Positions 49,723 to 60,653 of a stretch of 64,000 nucleotides of DNA are shown in pieces. This DNA comes from an uncultured candidate division Zixibacteria bacterium (lineage in GTDB: Bacteria > Zixibacteria > MSB-5A5 > RBG-16-43-9). A model generated the notes under the pieces. The model did not search any database, had not been told where the DNA came from, and was given only the letters and a program-made list of their open reading frames with translations. The position numbers and the translations under genes were made by a program. Every line of letters begins with the position of its first letter. The stretch's first letter is position 1. The stretch is taken from assembly GCA_963713865.1 (NCBI GenBank), contig OY970208.1, forward strand, positions 1,344,001 to 1,408,000, in the 5' to 3' direction.

Positions 49723-51536
49723 AAGGGAGTAGAATCTCAGATTATAATCGGGGGAAGGTGGCCTATTATTTTTTGGGGGTCATAGCCTTTGCATTGATAT
49801 TCAGGCTGATTTATCTTCAGATCATCGATTTTGCCTATTATCGTAAAGTATCTGAGGAGAATAGAATCAGGCTGGTATCAATTCCTGCTCCCCGAGGGGT
49901 GATCCGGGACCGAAATCAAAAAAAGATGGTTACCAATCGCACCTCCTATACCCTTTTTTTATTACCGTACGAAATTTCAAATCTAGATGAGCTGGTAAAG
50001 AAAACTTCAACTATTTTAAAATTAGATGAATCTTTTTTAAAAGAGAAGGTTAAGGCAGGTCTGGTGAATCGTTACACGCCGGTAAAGCTAATAAGAGATA
50101 TAGATTTTAAAACGATATGTGTTCTGGAAGAGCAGAACGATGAATTGCCCGGGGTGATCTATCAAGTGGAGAAAGTGAGGAGTTACCCGCGGGCTTTCTG
50201 GTCCGGTCATCTTTTTGGGTATGTGGGGGAGGTTTCTCAGAAAGAGATAGATAATTCAGGGGATAAAGGATTGAGACTGGGAAGTAACATTGGCAAAGAA
50301 GGTTTGGAAAAAGAGTATGATGAGATCCTGAGGGGGGTGGATGGGATGAGTTTCTTAGAGGTAAGTGCAAGTGGAAAGGTCCTGGGACCTCTTAAGGATA
50401 AAGAATCTTTACCTTCTTTAGCCGGATCTGATCTGGACTTAACCATAGATTATGATTTGCAGATAGAGGCAGAGTCAGCTTTGAGTAACTTTAACTCCTG
50501 CGCTCTGGTAGCTCTGGATCCTCAGAATGGTGAGGTACTGGCACTGGTGAGCAAGCCCGGGTTTGATCCGAATCAATTCAGCTCTTTCTTGGATGAAAAG
50601 ACCTGGCAGACATTGATTAATGACCCATCCCATCCTCTGCTTAATCGTTCGATTCAAGGGGTTTATCCTCCAGGCTCGACTTTTAAGCTGTTAACTGCAG
50701 CTGCTGCCTTAGAAGCGGGAATCGCGGATCGAAATACAACTTTTTCAAGCTGCTATGGCAGTTACACTTTCGGAAACAGGATTTTTAAATGTTGGAAACC
50801 TAAAGGGCATGGCAGGCTTAATCTGATTCAAGCTATTGTACAATCCTGCGATGTTTATTTCTATCAGTTAGCTTTGAAGCTGGGTTTAGATCGATGGAGC
50901 TATTATGCTTTAGAGTCCAAACTGGACAAAAATTTTAAAATAGATCTCCCGGATGAGGCTTCCGGGATGATTCCTACTCACTCCTATTACCAGAAAAAAT
51001 TCGGGAATGGTGAATGGGTCAAAAACCTGGTTATTAATTTAGGAATAGGACAGGGTGAGGTTTTGACTACCCCTTTAGGAATGGCGGTTTTCTATTCCGC
51101 CCTGGTCAATGGGGGGATTGTTTATCAGCCGCACATTCTGAATAAGATAAAATCACCCGAAGGGAAGGTTTTTATTAATAAGAGAATAGTTCTATTTCAT
51201 CTTCCTTTTTCAGAAGCCACCCTTGAAGTTTTGAAAGAAGCGCTAGTCGAAGCGGTGAACTCCCCTTCGGGAACTGGTGGATTAGCCCGTATTCCGGATA
51301 TCACCGTAGGGGGAAAAACGGGAACAGCTCAAAACCCGCACGGTAAGGAGCATGCCTGGTTTGTCGGTTTTGCGCCAGCCGAGTATCCGAAGATAGTTGT
51401 GGCAGTGTTAATAGAACAGGCTGGTCACGGTGGAACATTTGCTGCACCGGTAGCTAAAAGGATTATCACAAAATATCTCAAAGGCAAAATCGAAGAACCA
51501 GCGGAAGAAGGGAATAAAGAGTTTCTAACTGATTGA
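49719..51536 (+). CDS. mrdA: Penicillin-binding protein 2
   Basis: APRG.I.DR, PGSTFK, SCDVYFY, GKTGTAQ. Confidence 0.95.
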   Translation: MKGSRISDYNRGKVAYYFLGVIAFALIFRLIYLQIIDFAYYRKVSEENRIRLVSIPAPRGVIRDRNQKKMVTNRTSYTLFLLPYEISNLDELVKKTSTILKLDESFLKEKVKAGLVNRYTPVKLIRDIDFKTICVLEEQNDELPGVIYQVEKVRSYPRAFWSGHLFGYVGEVSQKEIDNSGDKGLRLGSNIGKEGLEKEYDEILRGVDGMSFLEVSASGKVLGPLKDKESLPSLAGSDLDLTIDYDLQIEAESALSNFNSCALVALDPQNGEVLALVSKPGFDPNQFSSFLDEKTWQTLINDPSHPLLNRSIQGVYPPGSTFKLLTAAAALEAGIADRNTTFSSCYGSYTFGNRIFKCWKPKGHGRLNLIQAIVQSCDVYFYQLALKLGLDRWSYYALESKLDKNFKIDLPDEASGMIPTHSYYQKKFGNGEWVKNLVINLGIGQGEVLTTPLGMAVFYSALVNGGIVYQPHILNKIKSPEGKVFINKRIVLFHLPFSEATLEVLKEALVEAVNSPSGTGGLARIPDITVGGKTGTAQNPHGKEHAWFVGFAPAEYPKIVVAVLIEQAGHGGTFAAPVAKRIITKYLKGKIEEPAEEGNKEFLTD

Positions 51537-52760
51537 ATGATGTCGCTTAAATTCAAAACAGATGAAATTGATTTCAAGCTTTTCTTCACGGCTTTACTCT
51601 TATCTTTGATCGGAATTCTTCTGATCTACAGCGCCAAACACAATTCCATAAGTGAGCAGAGTCTTTTTCAAAAACAGCTCTTCTGGCTTTTTTTATCCTT
51701 GATCGCTGCCGGAATATTATACATAATCCCCCTGAGGCTGCATGAGATCATCTCTTACCTGTACTATCTTCTGGCTATCGTTTTACTGGTTGCGGTCCTC
51801 TTCTTCGGAGCAAGCCGACTGGGAGCTATTCGTTGGTTTGAGTTAGGAGGGATGACTTTTCAACCCTCAGAATGGGCAAAGATTGCCACAGTCTTTGCTC
51901 TGGCACGCTACCTTTCTTATACCAAGCGTTCTTTTACCTCTATTCTCTGGATTGGAACAGTTATAGTTATAGGATTTGCTCCTCTGCTTTTAGTTTTGAG
52001 AGAACCTGATTTAGGAACTTCCTTAGTTTTTTTAGCTATAATTTTATCTATGCTCTATTGGGCTAAAATCCCGCTCTTCTTTATCTTTTTAATCTTCTCT
52101 CCTTTGATCAGCCTAGTAGCTGGTTTCCACTGGCTCTCCTGGGGAATTTTCTTTTTTATTCTTATCTATCTTTTATACTGGTTCAGACCAGGATTTTTGT
52201 TTTCTTTCTGGATTATAATCTTTAATTTAATCTTTGGTATCCTTACTCCTTTACTCTGGAACAGGTTGCATGACTATCAAAAACTAAGGATCCTGATATT
52301 TCTGGACCCGAACAGAGACCCTTTAGGAGCAGGTTATCAGATTATCCAGTCTAAAGTTGCTATTGGTTCAGGTGGTATTTTGGGAAAAGGATTTTTACAT
52401 GGTTCTCAAACCAAATTAGCCTTTCTACCAATGCAGCATACCGATTTTATTTTCTCTGTAGCCGGTGAGGAGTTCGGGTTGATCGGCTCTTTGATCTTTT
52501 TAGCCCTTTACTTTTTTCTGATCTTTCGCGGGATATCCATCGCTTCTAAATCCAGGAATAGTTTTAACGGCTACGTTGCTTTTGGATTAACCTCGGTTTT
52601 TATTTTTCAGGGTGTTGTGAATTTAGGAATGGCTATGGGTCTTCTTCCGGTAACCGGTATAACTTTTCCGCTGGTAAGCTACGGGGGATCATCCCTCCTT
52701 ATGAGCTGGGTATCTATTGGCTTACTTTTGGCGATTCATTATAAGTGGACGGAATATTGA
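51537..52760 (+). CDS. rodA: Rod shape-determining protein RodA
   Basis: QPSE, PDLGT, GYQIIQS, HTDFIF, SYGGSS. Confidence 0.95.
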   Translation: MMSLKFKTDEIDFKLFFTALLLSLIGILLIYSAKHNSISEQSLFQKQLFWLFLSLIAAGILYIIPLRLHEIISYLYYLLAIVLLVAVLFFGASRLGAIRWFELGGMTFQPSEWAKIATVFALARYLSYTKRSFTSILWIGTVIVIGFAPLLLVLREPDLGTSLVFLAIILSMLYWAKIPLFFIFLIFSPLISLVAGFHWLSWGIFFFILIYLLYWFRPGFLFSFWIIIFNLIFGILTPLLWNRLHDYQKLRILIFLDPNRDPLGAGYQIIQSKVAIGSGGILGKGFLHGSQTKLAFLPMQHTDFIFSVAGEEFGLIGSLIFLALYFFLIFRGISIASKSRNSFNGYVAFGLTSVFIFQGVVNLGMAMGLLPVTGITFPLVSYGGSSLLMSWVSIGLLLAIHYKWTEY

Positions 52761-52905
52761 CGTATATATTAAACAATGACAGATATCAGATAACAAATGA
52801 CAAATATAAGATTGAAGATAATTAGAGTTATGCTTTCAACTAAACTAATATCTTTCTCTTTAATCCTTGAACCCTTTATCTCTTTTACCTTTTTAAGAAT
52901 AATTT

Positions 52906-53721
52906 ATGTGTCCAGTTCTTTTTAAGATCGGTCCTGTTTCGATTAAGAGTTATGGGCTTTTTTTGGTTTTCGCTTTTATAGCCGGAATAATTTTAGCATT
53001 ATGGAGAGGTAAAAAGAAAGGCGTGAGACCTGAAAAAATTATTGACCTGACCCTTTTAGTATTGATAAGTTCTCTGGTAGGTTCAAGATTTTTTTATGTG
53101 GTCTATCATTTAGATGAGTTTCAGGGACACTTCTGGGATGTGATAAACCCTTTTCAAAGCTCAGGCGAGATCGGGATAGGAGGGCTTTCGATGATGGGTG
53201 GGGTAGTTCTCTCGATAGTAGCAGGCATAATTTATCTTTTTTTAAAAAAGATGCCAGTATGGAAAATCGCAGATATAGTAGCACCGTCCTTCGCTTTAGG
53301 TTTAGGGTTTGCACGGATAGGCTGTTTCCTGAATGGATGCTGTCCTGGAAAGGTAACCGATAGCTTTTTAGGAGTGGTTTTTCCGCCTGATTCTTTTGCC
53401 GGTTATTTTTTCCCGGGGACCAGGCTTTTACCGACCCAGCTTTTTGAATCCCTAGCAGGGTTTGTTATTTTTTCTCTTTTGATCTTGTCAGAGAGATTTA
53501 AGACGTTTGAGGGGTTTACTTTCTGGCTGATGTTAGTTTTTTATTCTGTCTGGAGATTTATTATCGATTTTTTCAGGTATTATGAGCAGAGTATGGTAGT
53601 TGCCAGTTTTGGGAGTATTCGGTTCTCAGCTAACCAGGTTTTATCCCTTCTGATTTTTATCATCTCCATTTCGATGTGGTTTTATTTCAGGTCTAAGAAG
53701 ATAAAAAAGAATGTGGTTTAA
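52906..53721 (+). CDS. lgt: Prolipoprotein diacylglyceryl transferase
   Basis: YG, GSR, RIGCFLNGCC, PTQLFE, RFIIDFFR. Confidence 0.92.
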   Translation: MCPVLFKIGPVSIKSYGLFLVFAFIAGIILALWRGKKKGVRPEKIIDLTLLVLISSLVGSRFFYVVYHLDEFQGHFWDVINPFQSSGEIGIGGLSMMGGVVLSIVAGIIYLFLKKMPVWKIADIVAPSFALGLGFARIGCFLNGCCPGKVTDSFLGVVFPPDSFAGYFFPGTRLLPTQLFESLAGFVIFSLLILSERFKTFEGFTFWLMLVFYSVWRFIIDFFRYYEQSMVVASFGSIRFSANQVLSLLIFIISISMWFYFRSKKIKKNVV

Positions 53722-53852
53722 GTAGCATCGGGCTTGACCTCCGACGAATAAAGCGACCCTGTCCTGCGGTGGCTACGAGCCCGCCCGTCCTTCAGATCCG
53801 TAGGATAGGGCGCCGAACGTAGTCTCCGCTAATAGAAAAAGAATCGCACGAC
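53722..53852. repeat. REP-like element with nested insertion (inverse homologue of 20823-20886)
   Basis: gcgaccctgtcctgcggtggctacg..cgtagtctccg.. Confidence 0.75.
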
Positions 53853-53861
53853 GAAAAAGAT

Positions 53862-54618
53862 ATGAAAATCTTAAGAACCTGTCTCGAGTTGAAAAATTCT
53901 CTTCTGGATTTTGTCTTTCCTCCTCATTGTCTTCTGTGTAATCGATTAATATCTTCGGAGGAGGGTAAGTTTAACGGAATTCGTCCTGCAGGTCTGGTCT
54001 GTCAGGACTGCTGGAAAAGCTTGAACGTTCTGCCACATCCTTTTTGTCCGACCTGTCGGACTTTTTTAAACCAGAGTATGAGAAAATGTCCAAAATGTTC
54101 AGAATCGTCTTCTCTTAATATGAACAGGTCACTGGGTCTTTTTGATCCTGATTACCAGAACCCTCTTGCACCATTTTAAATATAAAAGGAAAATCTCCCT
54201 GGGTAAGGAGTTGGGTAAAAGATTAGGAGAGCTTTTAATACAAGATGAGTTTTCAAAAGATTATGGTTATCTTATACCGGTCCCCCTTCATAGCTCAAGG
54301 AAAAGGGAAAGGGGTTATAACCAGAGCAAAATCTTAGCGGAGGAGATTTCCGAGTTGACCTTTTTACCTCTTTTAGATAAGGTTCTGATGAGAAAGAAAA
54401 ATACCAGAGATCAGACTAATCTTAATGCAGAGGAAAGAGAGAGGAATGTAAGAGGGGCTTTCGTCGTAAGGGATAAGCTCGTGCCTAAAGGGGAAAGGGT
54501 TATTCTGGTGGATGATGTTATGACTACAGGTGCGACTTTAAAAGAATGCTCCAGAGTTTTAAAGGAGGCAGGCGTAAAAGAGGTGGCCGGGGTTACAGTG
54601 GCGGTAGTGAATTTTTAA
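53862..54618 (+). pseudogene. comF: ComF family (double Zn ribbon + phosphoribosyltransferase), split by a +1 frameshift near 54156-54160
   Basis: FPPHCLLC..CQDC..CPTC..CPKC in the first frame; LLHHFKY, VPLH..RERGYNQ, LVDDVMTTG in the second. Confidence 0.8.
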
Positions 54619-54675
54619 AATTAATCCGCCACCGGGTGGACTAAAGGTTTCAAAAATTTCTAAACGGAGGGGATT

Positions 54676-55326
54676 ATGTCACTTTTAAGTGAAGAGATTA
54701 AGAAGGAATTGAAAAGGGAACTGGAGGGGTTAAAAAATGAAGTGAAGCTGATCGTCTTTACCCAGGAGTTAGAGTGCCAGTACTGCAAGGAAAATCATAT
54801 GTTGGCTGAGGATATTGTTTCACTAACAGATAAGATTAAATTAGAGGTGTATAATTTTACCTTAGACAAAAATAAGGTAGAGGAGTATAAGATTGATAAA
54901 ATTCCGGCTATGGTGGTATGTGATGAAACAGGAAAAGACTATGGAATAAGATTCTATGGTATTCCAACTGGATATGAATTCACCTCTTTGATTGAAGCTA
55001 TCAGAAATGTATCCATAGGTGAGTCTGGGTTAACTGAGAAAAGCAAGGGGGAACTGAAGAAACTTGCCAAACCAGTTCATATACAGGTTTTCGTTACATT
55101 AACCTGACCATACTGCACCCAGGCAGTTAGCCTGGCTCATCAGTTAGCTTTAGAGAGCGATTTGATAAAGGCGGATATGGTTGAGGCAGGTGAGTTCCCA
55201 CATCTTTCGCATAAATATGATGTCTTCGCTGTTCCCAAAGTGATTATAAACGAAAAACACGGTTTTGAGGGTGCCCTGCCAGAGGAAAGTTTTATAGCTG
55301 AGGTTTTAAAGGCATCTGAATTTTAA
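54676..55326 (+). CDS. Selenocysteine-containing two-domain thioredoxin-fold protein disulfide oxidoreductase (PDO/AhpF-NTD-like), UGA at 55105-55107
   Basis: CQYC site, then VFVTLT-TGA-PYC; frame continues 72 codons with family-like sequence (AHQLA, DMVEA.EFP, VPK) to TAA 55326. Confidence 0.88.
55119..55135 (+). promoter_or_regulatory. Bacterial SECIS-like hairpin
   Basis: CCAGGC-AGTTA-GCCTGG; loop starts 18 nt after UGA with G at position 2. Confidence 0.7.
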
Positions 55327-55678
55327 TTAAGTTACATTAAACATGGTTAATACTCTCCATAATGTCGTATACGTACGGAGTTTATTGTCTTCTTTAAAAT
55401 TATCCTATGTATAAAAGAAGACTCTGGATGGATATCTTTGTGTATTAACTACAACTGCCAGGTTAATTAAGGAGGCGGAGGTTGATATTCATCGGGTGAT
55501 AAAGGAGAGGGTAAAGATTTTAGTAGTGCGACCATATAAGGGTCGTTTTTCTTTTTTGTAAGAAATCTGCATTTTGGTTTGAAAATTCATGTTAAATTTT
55601 AAGATTTTTGTTGACTTAAGATTCTTAATTTCCGTAATTAATATAGAAATAGGGAATAACTTCAAAGAAAACATTAAA

Positions 55679-56215
55679 ATGAATTATTTTTTAACTGGAT
55701 TGCCAGGAATTGGTAAAACCTCCGTAATTAAAAAAGTAATTGAGAAAATGGATAGATCCACCTGCGGTTTCTTTACTACCGAGATTAGAGTTGGTGAGAA
55801 CAGGGTGGGTTTTTCTGTTCAGACACTTTTTGGGATGGAGGGGGTTTTAGCCCACAAAGAATTCAAGAGTAAATACCGGATGGGTAGCTATGGAATATCG
55901 GTTACTGGTTTTGAGAAGATTGTCTCCCGGGAATTAGAAAGGTGCTTAAGAGGACGTAGCATCATAATTATAGATGAGATCGGAAAGATGGAGCTTTTCT
56001 CCAGAAGGTTTCAAGAGCTGGTCCTGGTTTGTCTGGATGCTCCTAATCCGGTGTTGGGGACGATTATGTATGGTTATCACCCATTCGTGGAGAAGGTGAA
56101 GAAACGGGAAGATGTTAAACTCTTTGAAGTGACCAAACAGAATAGAAACCAGATGGTTAATATTTTGATGGAGGAATTTAAGAAAGAAAAGGTGAACGAA
56201 GGCTCCCCCCAATAA
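55679..56215 (+). CDS. Nucleoside-triphosphatase (THEP1/NTPase_1 family)
   Basis: TGLPGIGKT, GFFTTEIR, IIDEIGKME. Confidence 0.9.
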   Translation: MNYFLTGLPGIGKTSVIKKVIEKMDRSTCGFFTTEIRVGENRVGFSVQTLFGMEGVLAHKEFKSKYRMGSYGISVTGFEKIVSRELERCLRGRSIIIIDEIGKMELFSRRFQELVLVCLDAPNPVLGTIMYGYHPFVEKVKKREDVKLFEVTKQNRNQMVNILMEEFKKEKVNEGSPQ

Positions 56216-56295
56216 AAAATTACCTGAATATCGTTACCACGTTGAATAAATCGAAAATTTAAATGTAGGGGCGTATTGTAATACGTCCCTACATT

Positions 56296-57297
56296 TTATG
56301 GTATTTCCAATACTCCAGCTCCGTTTATTTTCCCCTGCTTGAGTAATTGTAAAGCCTGATTTGCTTCTTTTAAAGGGAAAACAGAGACCTGGGTGCGGAT
56401 AGGGATTACTTCAGCCAGTTTGAGTAACTCTTCGCCATCTTTTCTGGTGCTGTTAGTCACGCTTCTTAAGGTCTTCTCATAATATAGATGTTCGGTGTAG
56501 TCCAGTTGGGGGGTAGGAGTCATATAGATTCCAGCCAGGATAAGTGTTCCGCCTTTGTTTAAGGATTTTAAAGCAGAGGGAACTATTTCTCCTGCAGGTG
56601 CAAAGATGATTGAGCTGTGGAGCTTTTTTGGGGGTGTTTGTTCTGTTTTCCCTGCCCAGACTGCTCCTAATTTTAAAGCTAATTTCTGATGTTCTGTGCT
56701 TCGAGTAAAGACATACACCTCACAATTCCAGTGAATAGCTATTTGTATAGTGATATGCGCTGAGGCTCCAAAGCCATAAAGTCCCAATCTCTCTCCTGGT
56801 TTGATTTCGCTCAGTTTTAAAGCTCGATATCCGATTATTCCTGCACAGAGTAAAGGAGCAGTCTCAGCGGGAGAGAGTTTATCTGGAACAGGGTAGGCGA
56901 AATCTTCTTGGATGACTGTATATTGGGCATAACCTCCATCTAAATGATAACCGGTGAATTTTGCCAATTCGCATAGATTTTCTTTTCCGCTTTTGCAGAA
57001 CTCGCATTTACCGCAGGTGTAATTTAACCAGGCAATACCAACTCTATCTCCGATTTTGAATCTTTGTGCATTTCCCCCTTTTTTCTCAACTATGCCTACA
57101 ATTTGATGTCCTGGTATTAGAGGTAGCCTGGGTAAAGGAAGTTCTCCTTCAACCGTATGCAGGTCGGTATGGCAAATTCCACATGCCTGCACGCGGATTA
57201 AAATATCCTCTGGTCCGATTTCTGGTATCGGGCTTTCTTTAAATTGAAGAGGATTTTTCTCGATTAAATCTGGTTTTTTTAAGAGCATTGCCTGCAT
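56296..57297 (-). CDS. Zinc-dependent alcohol dehydrogenase family protein
   Basis: CHTD, PGHQ, CGKCEFC..C, LLCAG, GFGASAH. Confidence 0.93.
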   Translation of the reverse strand: MQAMLLKKPDLIEKNPLQFKESPIPEIGPEDILIRVQACGICHTDLHTVEGELPLPRLPLIPGHQIVGIVEKKGGNAQRFKIGDRVGIAWLNYTCGKCEFCKSGKENLCELAKFTGYHLDGGYAQYTVIQEDFAYPVPDKLSPAETAPLLCAGIIGYRALKLSEIKPGERLGLYGFGASAHITIQIAIHWNCEVYVFTRSTEHQKLALKLGAVWAGKTEQTPPKKLHSSIIFAPAGEIVPSALKSLNKGGTLILAGIYMTPTPQLDYTEHLYYEKTLRSVTNSTRKDGEELLKLAEVIPIRTQVSVFPLKEANQALQLLKQGKINGAGVLEIP

Positions 57298-57314
57298 AGG
57301 ATTTCCTTCTGGTG

Positions 57315-57802
57315 GTAGAGACGCATAGCAATGCGTCTCTATTGTTCTCCATGGACAATCTCTTTATTTTGTGTGTCTGTCGGGTCCCCTGACCCGACAG
57401 ATTATTTTCTGAATAAACAATCTACCTCTAATGAAAACTTTTAGCAAGAAAATTTTGTTGTAAGGGCAAATGTGCTCGTCGTCCGCCTCAGGCGGACTGA
57501 CCCGTAGGTGGGTAGCACCCTCAACCAGTCGTTTAACATAGGTGATAAAAAATGGTAAAACAGGCATCCTGCCTGTTTCCCAAAGCTCAGATCCTGGAAA
57601 CGGGTCCGTTGGTCAGGAATGTCTGAGCTACCATTATGGATTCAGGTCCTAAAAATGGGTATGTAGGACGAGGACGCCTGACCCACCAACCCATCTACAT
57701 TGGGTGGTACTCTCAAACTCGTTTGAGGGTGATTCAGATTTACAACATCCCCCGTAGGGGGATGGCGCTCTGCTGTGGTGGCCTATAGCCATACACCCCT
57801 AC
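57315..57802. repeat. REP-like palindrome cluster in the divergent adh/smpB intergenic region
   Basis: gtagagacgcat..atgcgtctcta, tctgtcgggtc..gacccgacaga, tccgcctcaggcgga, aaacaggc..gcctgttt, accctcaa/ttgagggt. Confidence 0.75.
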
Positions 57803-57846
57803 TTTTTTCTTGCTACATTTTTATTCTTCTGATATATTCTTTCAGT

Positions 57847-58338
57847 ATGGAAAAACCAGATAAAAAATCTACACCTAATAAAGAAGAGATTAAAATAATT
57901 GCCACTAATCGGAAAGCGCGGCATGAATATATTATCATAGAAACTTTTGAGGCAGGGTTGGTTCTGAAAGGAACTGAGGTGAAATCGCTGAGGGAAGGTA
58001 AGGCCAATCTCAGGGACTCTTATGCTAAAATAGATAAGGAGGAAGCAGTTCTCCTGAATATGCATATCAGTCCCTATGAAAAAGGTAATAGATATAACCA
58101 GGATCCAACCCGACCAAGAAAACTCCTTTTACACAAAAGCCAGATAAAAAGGCTGTTAGGTAAAGTGGTCGAAAAAGGTTTGACCTTAATCCCTCTCCGA
58201 CTCTACTTTAAGGGAAGTTATGCTAAAGTTGAATTGGCCGTAGCTGTGGGGAAGAAGCTTTTCGACAAAAGGAAATCGATTACGGAAAGGGATGTGGAAC
58301 GCGCTTTAAGAAGAGCTCTAAAGGAAAGAAATAAATGA
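57847..58338 (+). CDS. smpB: SsrA-binding protein
   Basis: [35 protein letters not shown]. Confidence 0.97.
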   Translation: MEKPDKKSTPNKEEIKIIATNRKARHEYIIIETFEAGLVLKGTEVKSLREGKANLRDSYAKIDKEEAVLLNMHISPYEKGNRYNQDPTRPRKLLLHKSQIKRLLGKVVEKGLTLIPLRLYFKGSYAKVELAVAVGKKLFDKRKSITERDVERALRRALKERNK

Positions 58339-59796
58339 GCAGGCAGATTAGACACTTCCTGATATTATCTTTAATAATTTTTCTACATACTTTGTCATCT
58401 GCGGATACGATTACCATAGATAAAGGGGGAGAAAAATATCAGATAGAGAGTCTGGAGATAGAAGGGTATCAATATATCGATCTCTCAGATTTAAAGAAAA
58501 TCTATGGTGGGGAGCTTTTCTGGGAGCCACTGGGGAAAAAAGTAATGTGGGAGGTAAATGAACATCAATTCAAATTCGACCTTTTCTCGCCTTACATCCT
58601 GTTAGATCAGGAGGCTTATAATCTGACCTTGCCGGTTGAATTAAAGCAGGGCAAAATTTATCTTCCCTTTAAAACTTTCTGGCCTGTTTTAGAGTCGATT
58701 GAACCTCCGGAAGGTGTGGTAAAAAAAAGAGATTATAATATTTATGATCTAAAAGTTAGTCAGAAATTGAACGGATTTCTCATAGAGATAAATCTTTCCG
58801 AACCTCTTAATTATGAGGTTTTTAAAAGTGAGGATAACTGGCTTATTATAAATTTCTTTGAAGGTAAAATCGACACTCTCCTTTTCTCAAATTTAAATAT
58901 CCCTGAGATTATATCAGAAAGCAGGGCTTATCAATTTCAGGGATCAGCCCAGCTCTCTTTAAAACTTTACAAAGAATTTCCCCGAGAAGATCACTTTATA
59001 AAATCCACCCCGGATGGACTTTATCACTTGCAGATAACTATAGAGGACACAACTCAGAGTCAGTCTCCTGAGGAAAAGGAAGAGATGGAAAAAAATCAAT
59101 TCAATGTTATCATATTAGATCCGGGGCATGGGGGGGAGAATTCTGGAGCAGTTGGTACCAAGGGTTTAAAGGAAAAGGATGTAGTTCTGGATATCGCCCT
59201 GAGACTGGAAAAACTCCTGAAAGCTACTAAAAATGAAGATCTTAAAGTATATCTTACCAGAAAAGGCGATTATTTCGTTCCTTTAGAACAGAGGTCCTTG
59301 TTCGCCAATCAAAAAGGAGGAGATCTGTTTGTAAGCATTCATGCCAATGGAGCTAAAAGGAAAAAGGCATCAGGCACTGAAATATATTTCTTAGCCCAGG
59401 CGAATAATGATGAAGCCCGGGCCGTGGCAGCCTTAGAGAATTCAGCTATTCTGTTTGAACGCCCGGAAGGAACTCAGGTAGATACCTCAGTGCTTGATTT
59501 CATATTGATGGATATGCTCCAGAACAGAGTTTCTGAAGGAATCCAGCAACTTAGCTCAGATGATTCATGATCGGATGAAAAGTTCTCTCAATATCCAGAG
59601 TAGAGGAGTGGATCAGGCAGGGTTTTTCGTGTTAAATAAGACCTATATGCCTTCGGTTTTAGTAGAGACTGCTTTTATCACTAACCCGGAGGAAGAAAAG
59701 CTTTTAAATAAAGGCACTTTCAGGCAGAAGATAGCTGAGGCGATCTATCAGGCGATTCTGGATTTTAAAAACAAATATGAGGTTAAAGAAAAGTGA
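58335..59796 (+). pseudogene. N-acetylmuramoyl-L-alanine amidase (AmiC-like), split by a +1 frameshift near 59520-59526
   Basis: LDPGHGG, EKDVVL, SIHAN in the first frame; EFLKES..QAGFFVL..MPSVLVETAFITN in the second. Confidence 0.82.
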
Positions 59797-60605
59797 GAGT
59801 AAATGAAAAAGCTATAGGGGTTTTCGATTCGGGCGTCGGTGGTCTGACTGTAGCAAAGCAGATTTTCAAAAAGCTCCCTTTTGAAAATGTGATCTATTTC
59901 GGGGATACAGCCCGGACACCTTATGGTCCCCGTTCCGCAGAAATAGTCAGGAAATTCTCAGTACAGAATATAAGCTTCCTTTCAACTCAGAGAGTAAAAT
60001 TAATCGTAGTTGCCTGCAACACCGCTTCAGCTGTAGCTCTGGATTATCTAAAAAAGATATTTCAACTACCTCTGATGGGAGTTATAGAACCTGGTTCCAG
60101 GGCTGCGGAAAAAGTAACTAAAAACGGAAGAATAGGAGTGATAGGAACTGTAGGGACTATTCGCTCAGAATCATATACTAAGGCTATTAAAAAGATAGAT
60201 AAAAAAATAAAGGTGTTTGGGTACCCCTGTCAACTTTTTGTTTCTCTGGTAGAGGAGGGTTATATAGATAAAAGAGCCACTCACCTGATAGCTGAGGAAT
60301 ATTTAGCCCCTTTGAAAAAACAGAAGATAGATACCCTGGTTTTGGGATGCACTCATTATCCTCTTTTGAAAAAGGTAATATCAGAAGTTATGGGTGACAA
60401 AGTTACTTTAATCGATTCAGCTGAGGAGACTGCCTTAGAAGTTAAAAGAACCTTAGAAGAAAAGGAAATGATAAATATCTCACACTCAGAACCCCAGTAT
60501 AAATTTTACGTGTCAGATTTCCCAGAAAAATTTGCTCAGATAAGCGAAAGATTCTTGGGGGAGAAGATTAAAGAGGTAAAGAAAATAGATATTAATAAAT
60601 ATTAA
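59793..60605 (+). CDS. murI: Glutamate racemase
   Basis: FDSGVGGLTV, PYG, ACNTAS, LGCTHYP. Confidence 0.97.
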   Translation: MRVNEKAIGVFDSGVGGLTVAKQIFKKLPFENVIYFGDTARTPYGPRSAEIVRKFSVQNISFLSTQRVKLIVVACNTASAVALDYLKKIFQLPLMGVIEPGSRAAEKVTKNGRIGVIGTVGTIRSESYTKAIKKIDKKIKVFGYPCQLFVSLVEEGYIDKRATHLIAEEYLAPLKKQKIDTLVLGCTHYPLLKKVISEVMGDKVTLIDSAEETALEVKRTLEEKEMINISHSEPQYKFYVSDFPEKFAQISERFLGEKIKEVKKIDINKY

Positions 60606-60653
60606 AAGACGTGACCATGATACGTGAGCGTTATTCGTAGTAACATTTAATCT

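Noticed and set aside
55105-55107. True stop codon or pseudogene of the thioredoxin-fold protein
   Set aside because: Codon aligns with the catalytic Cys, downstream frame is intact, and a SECIS-like hairpin follows
55330-55600. Possible small gene or remnant (AAGGAGG at ~55469)
   Set aside because: No convincing open frame or recognisable homology
705-57567. Many 60-150 aa antisense or alternate-frame ORFs in the track
   Set aside because: Overlap well-supported genes or repeat clusters and lack RBS or recognisable motifs
57300-57840. tmRNA or tRNA next to smpB
   Set aside because: No GGGG..acceptor/T-arm/CCA signature; the region is explained by REP hairpins
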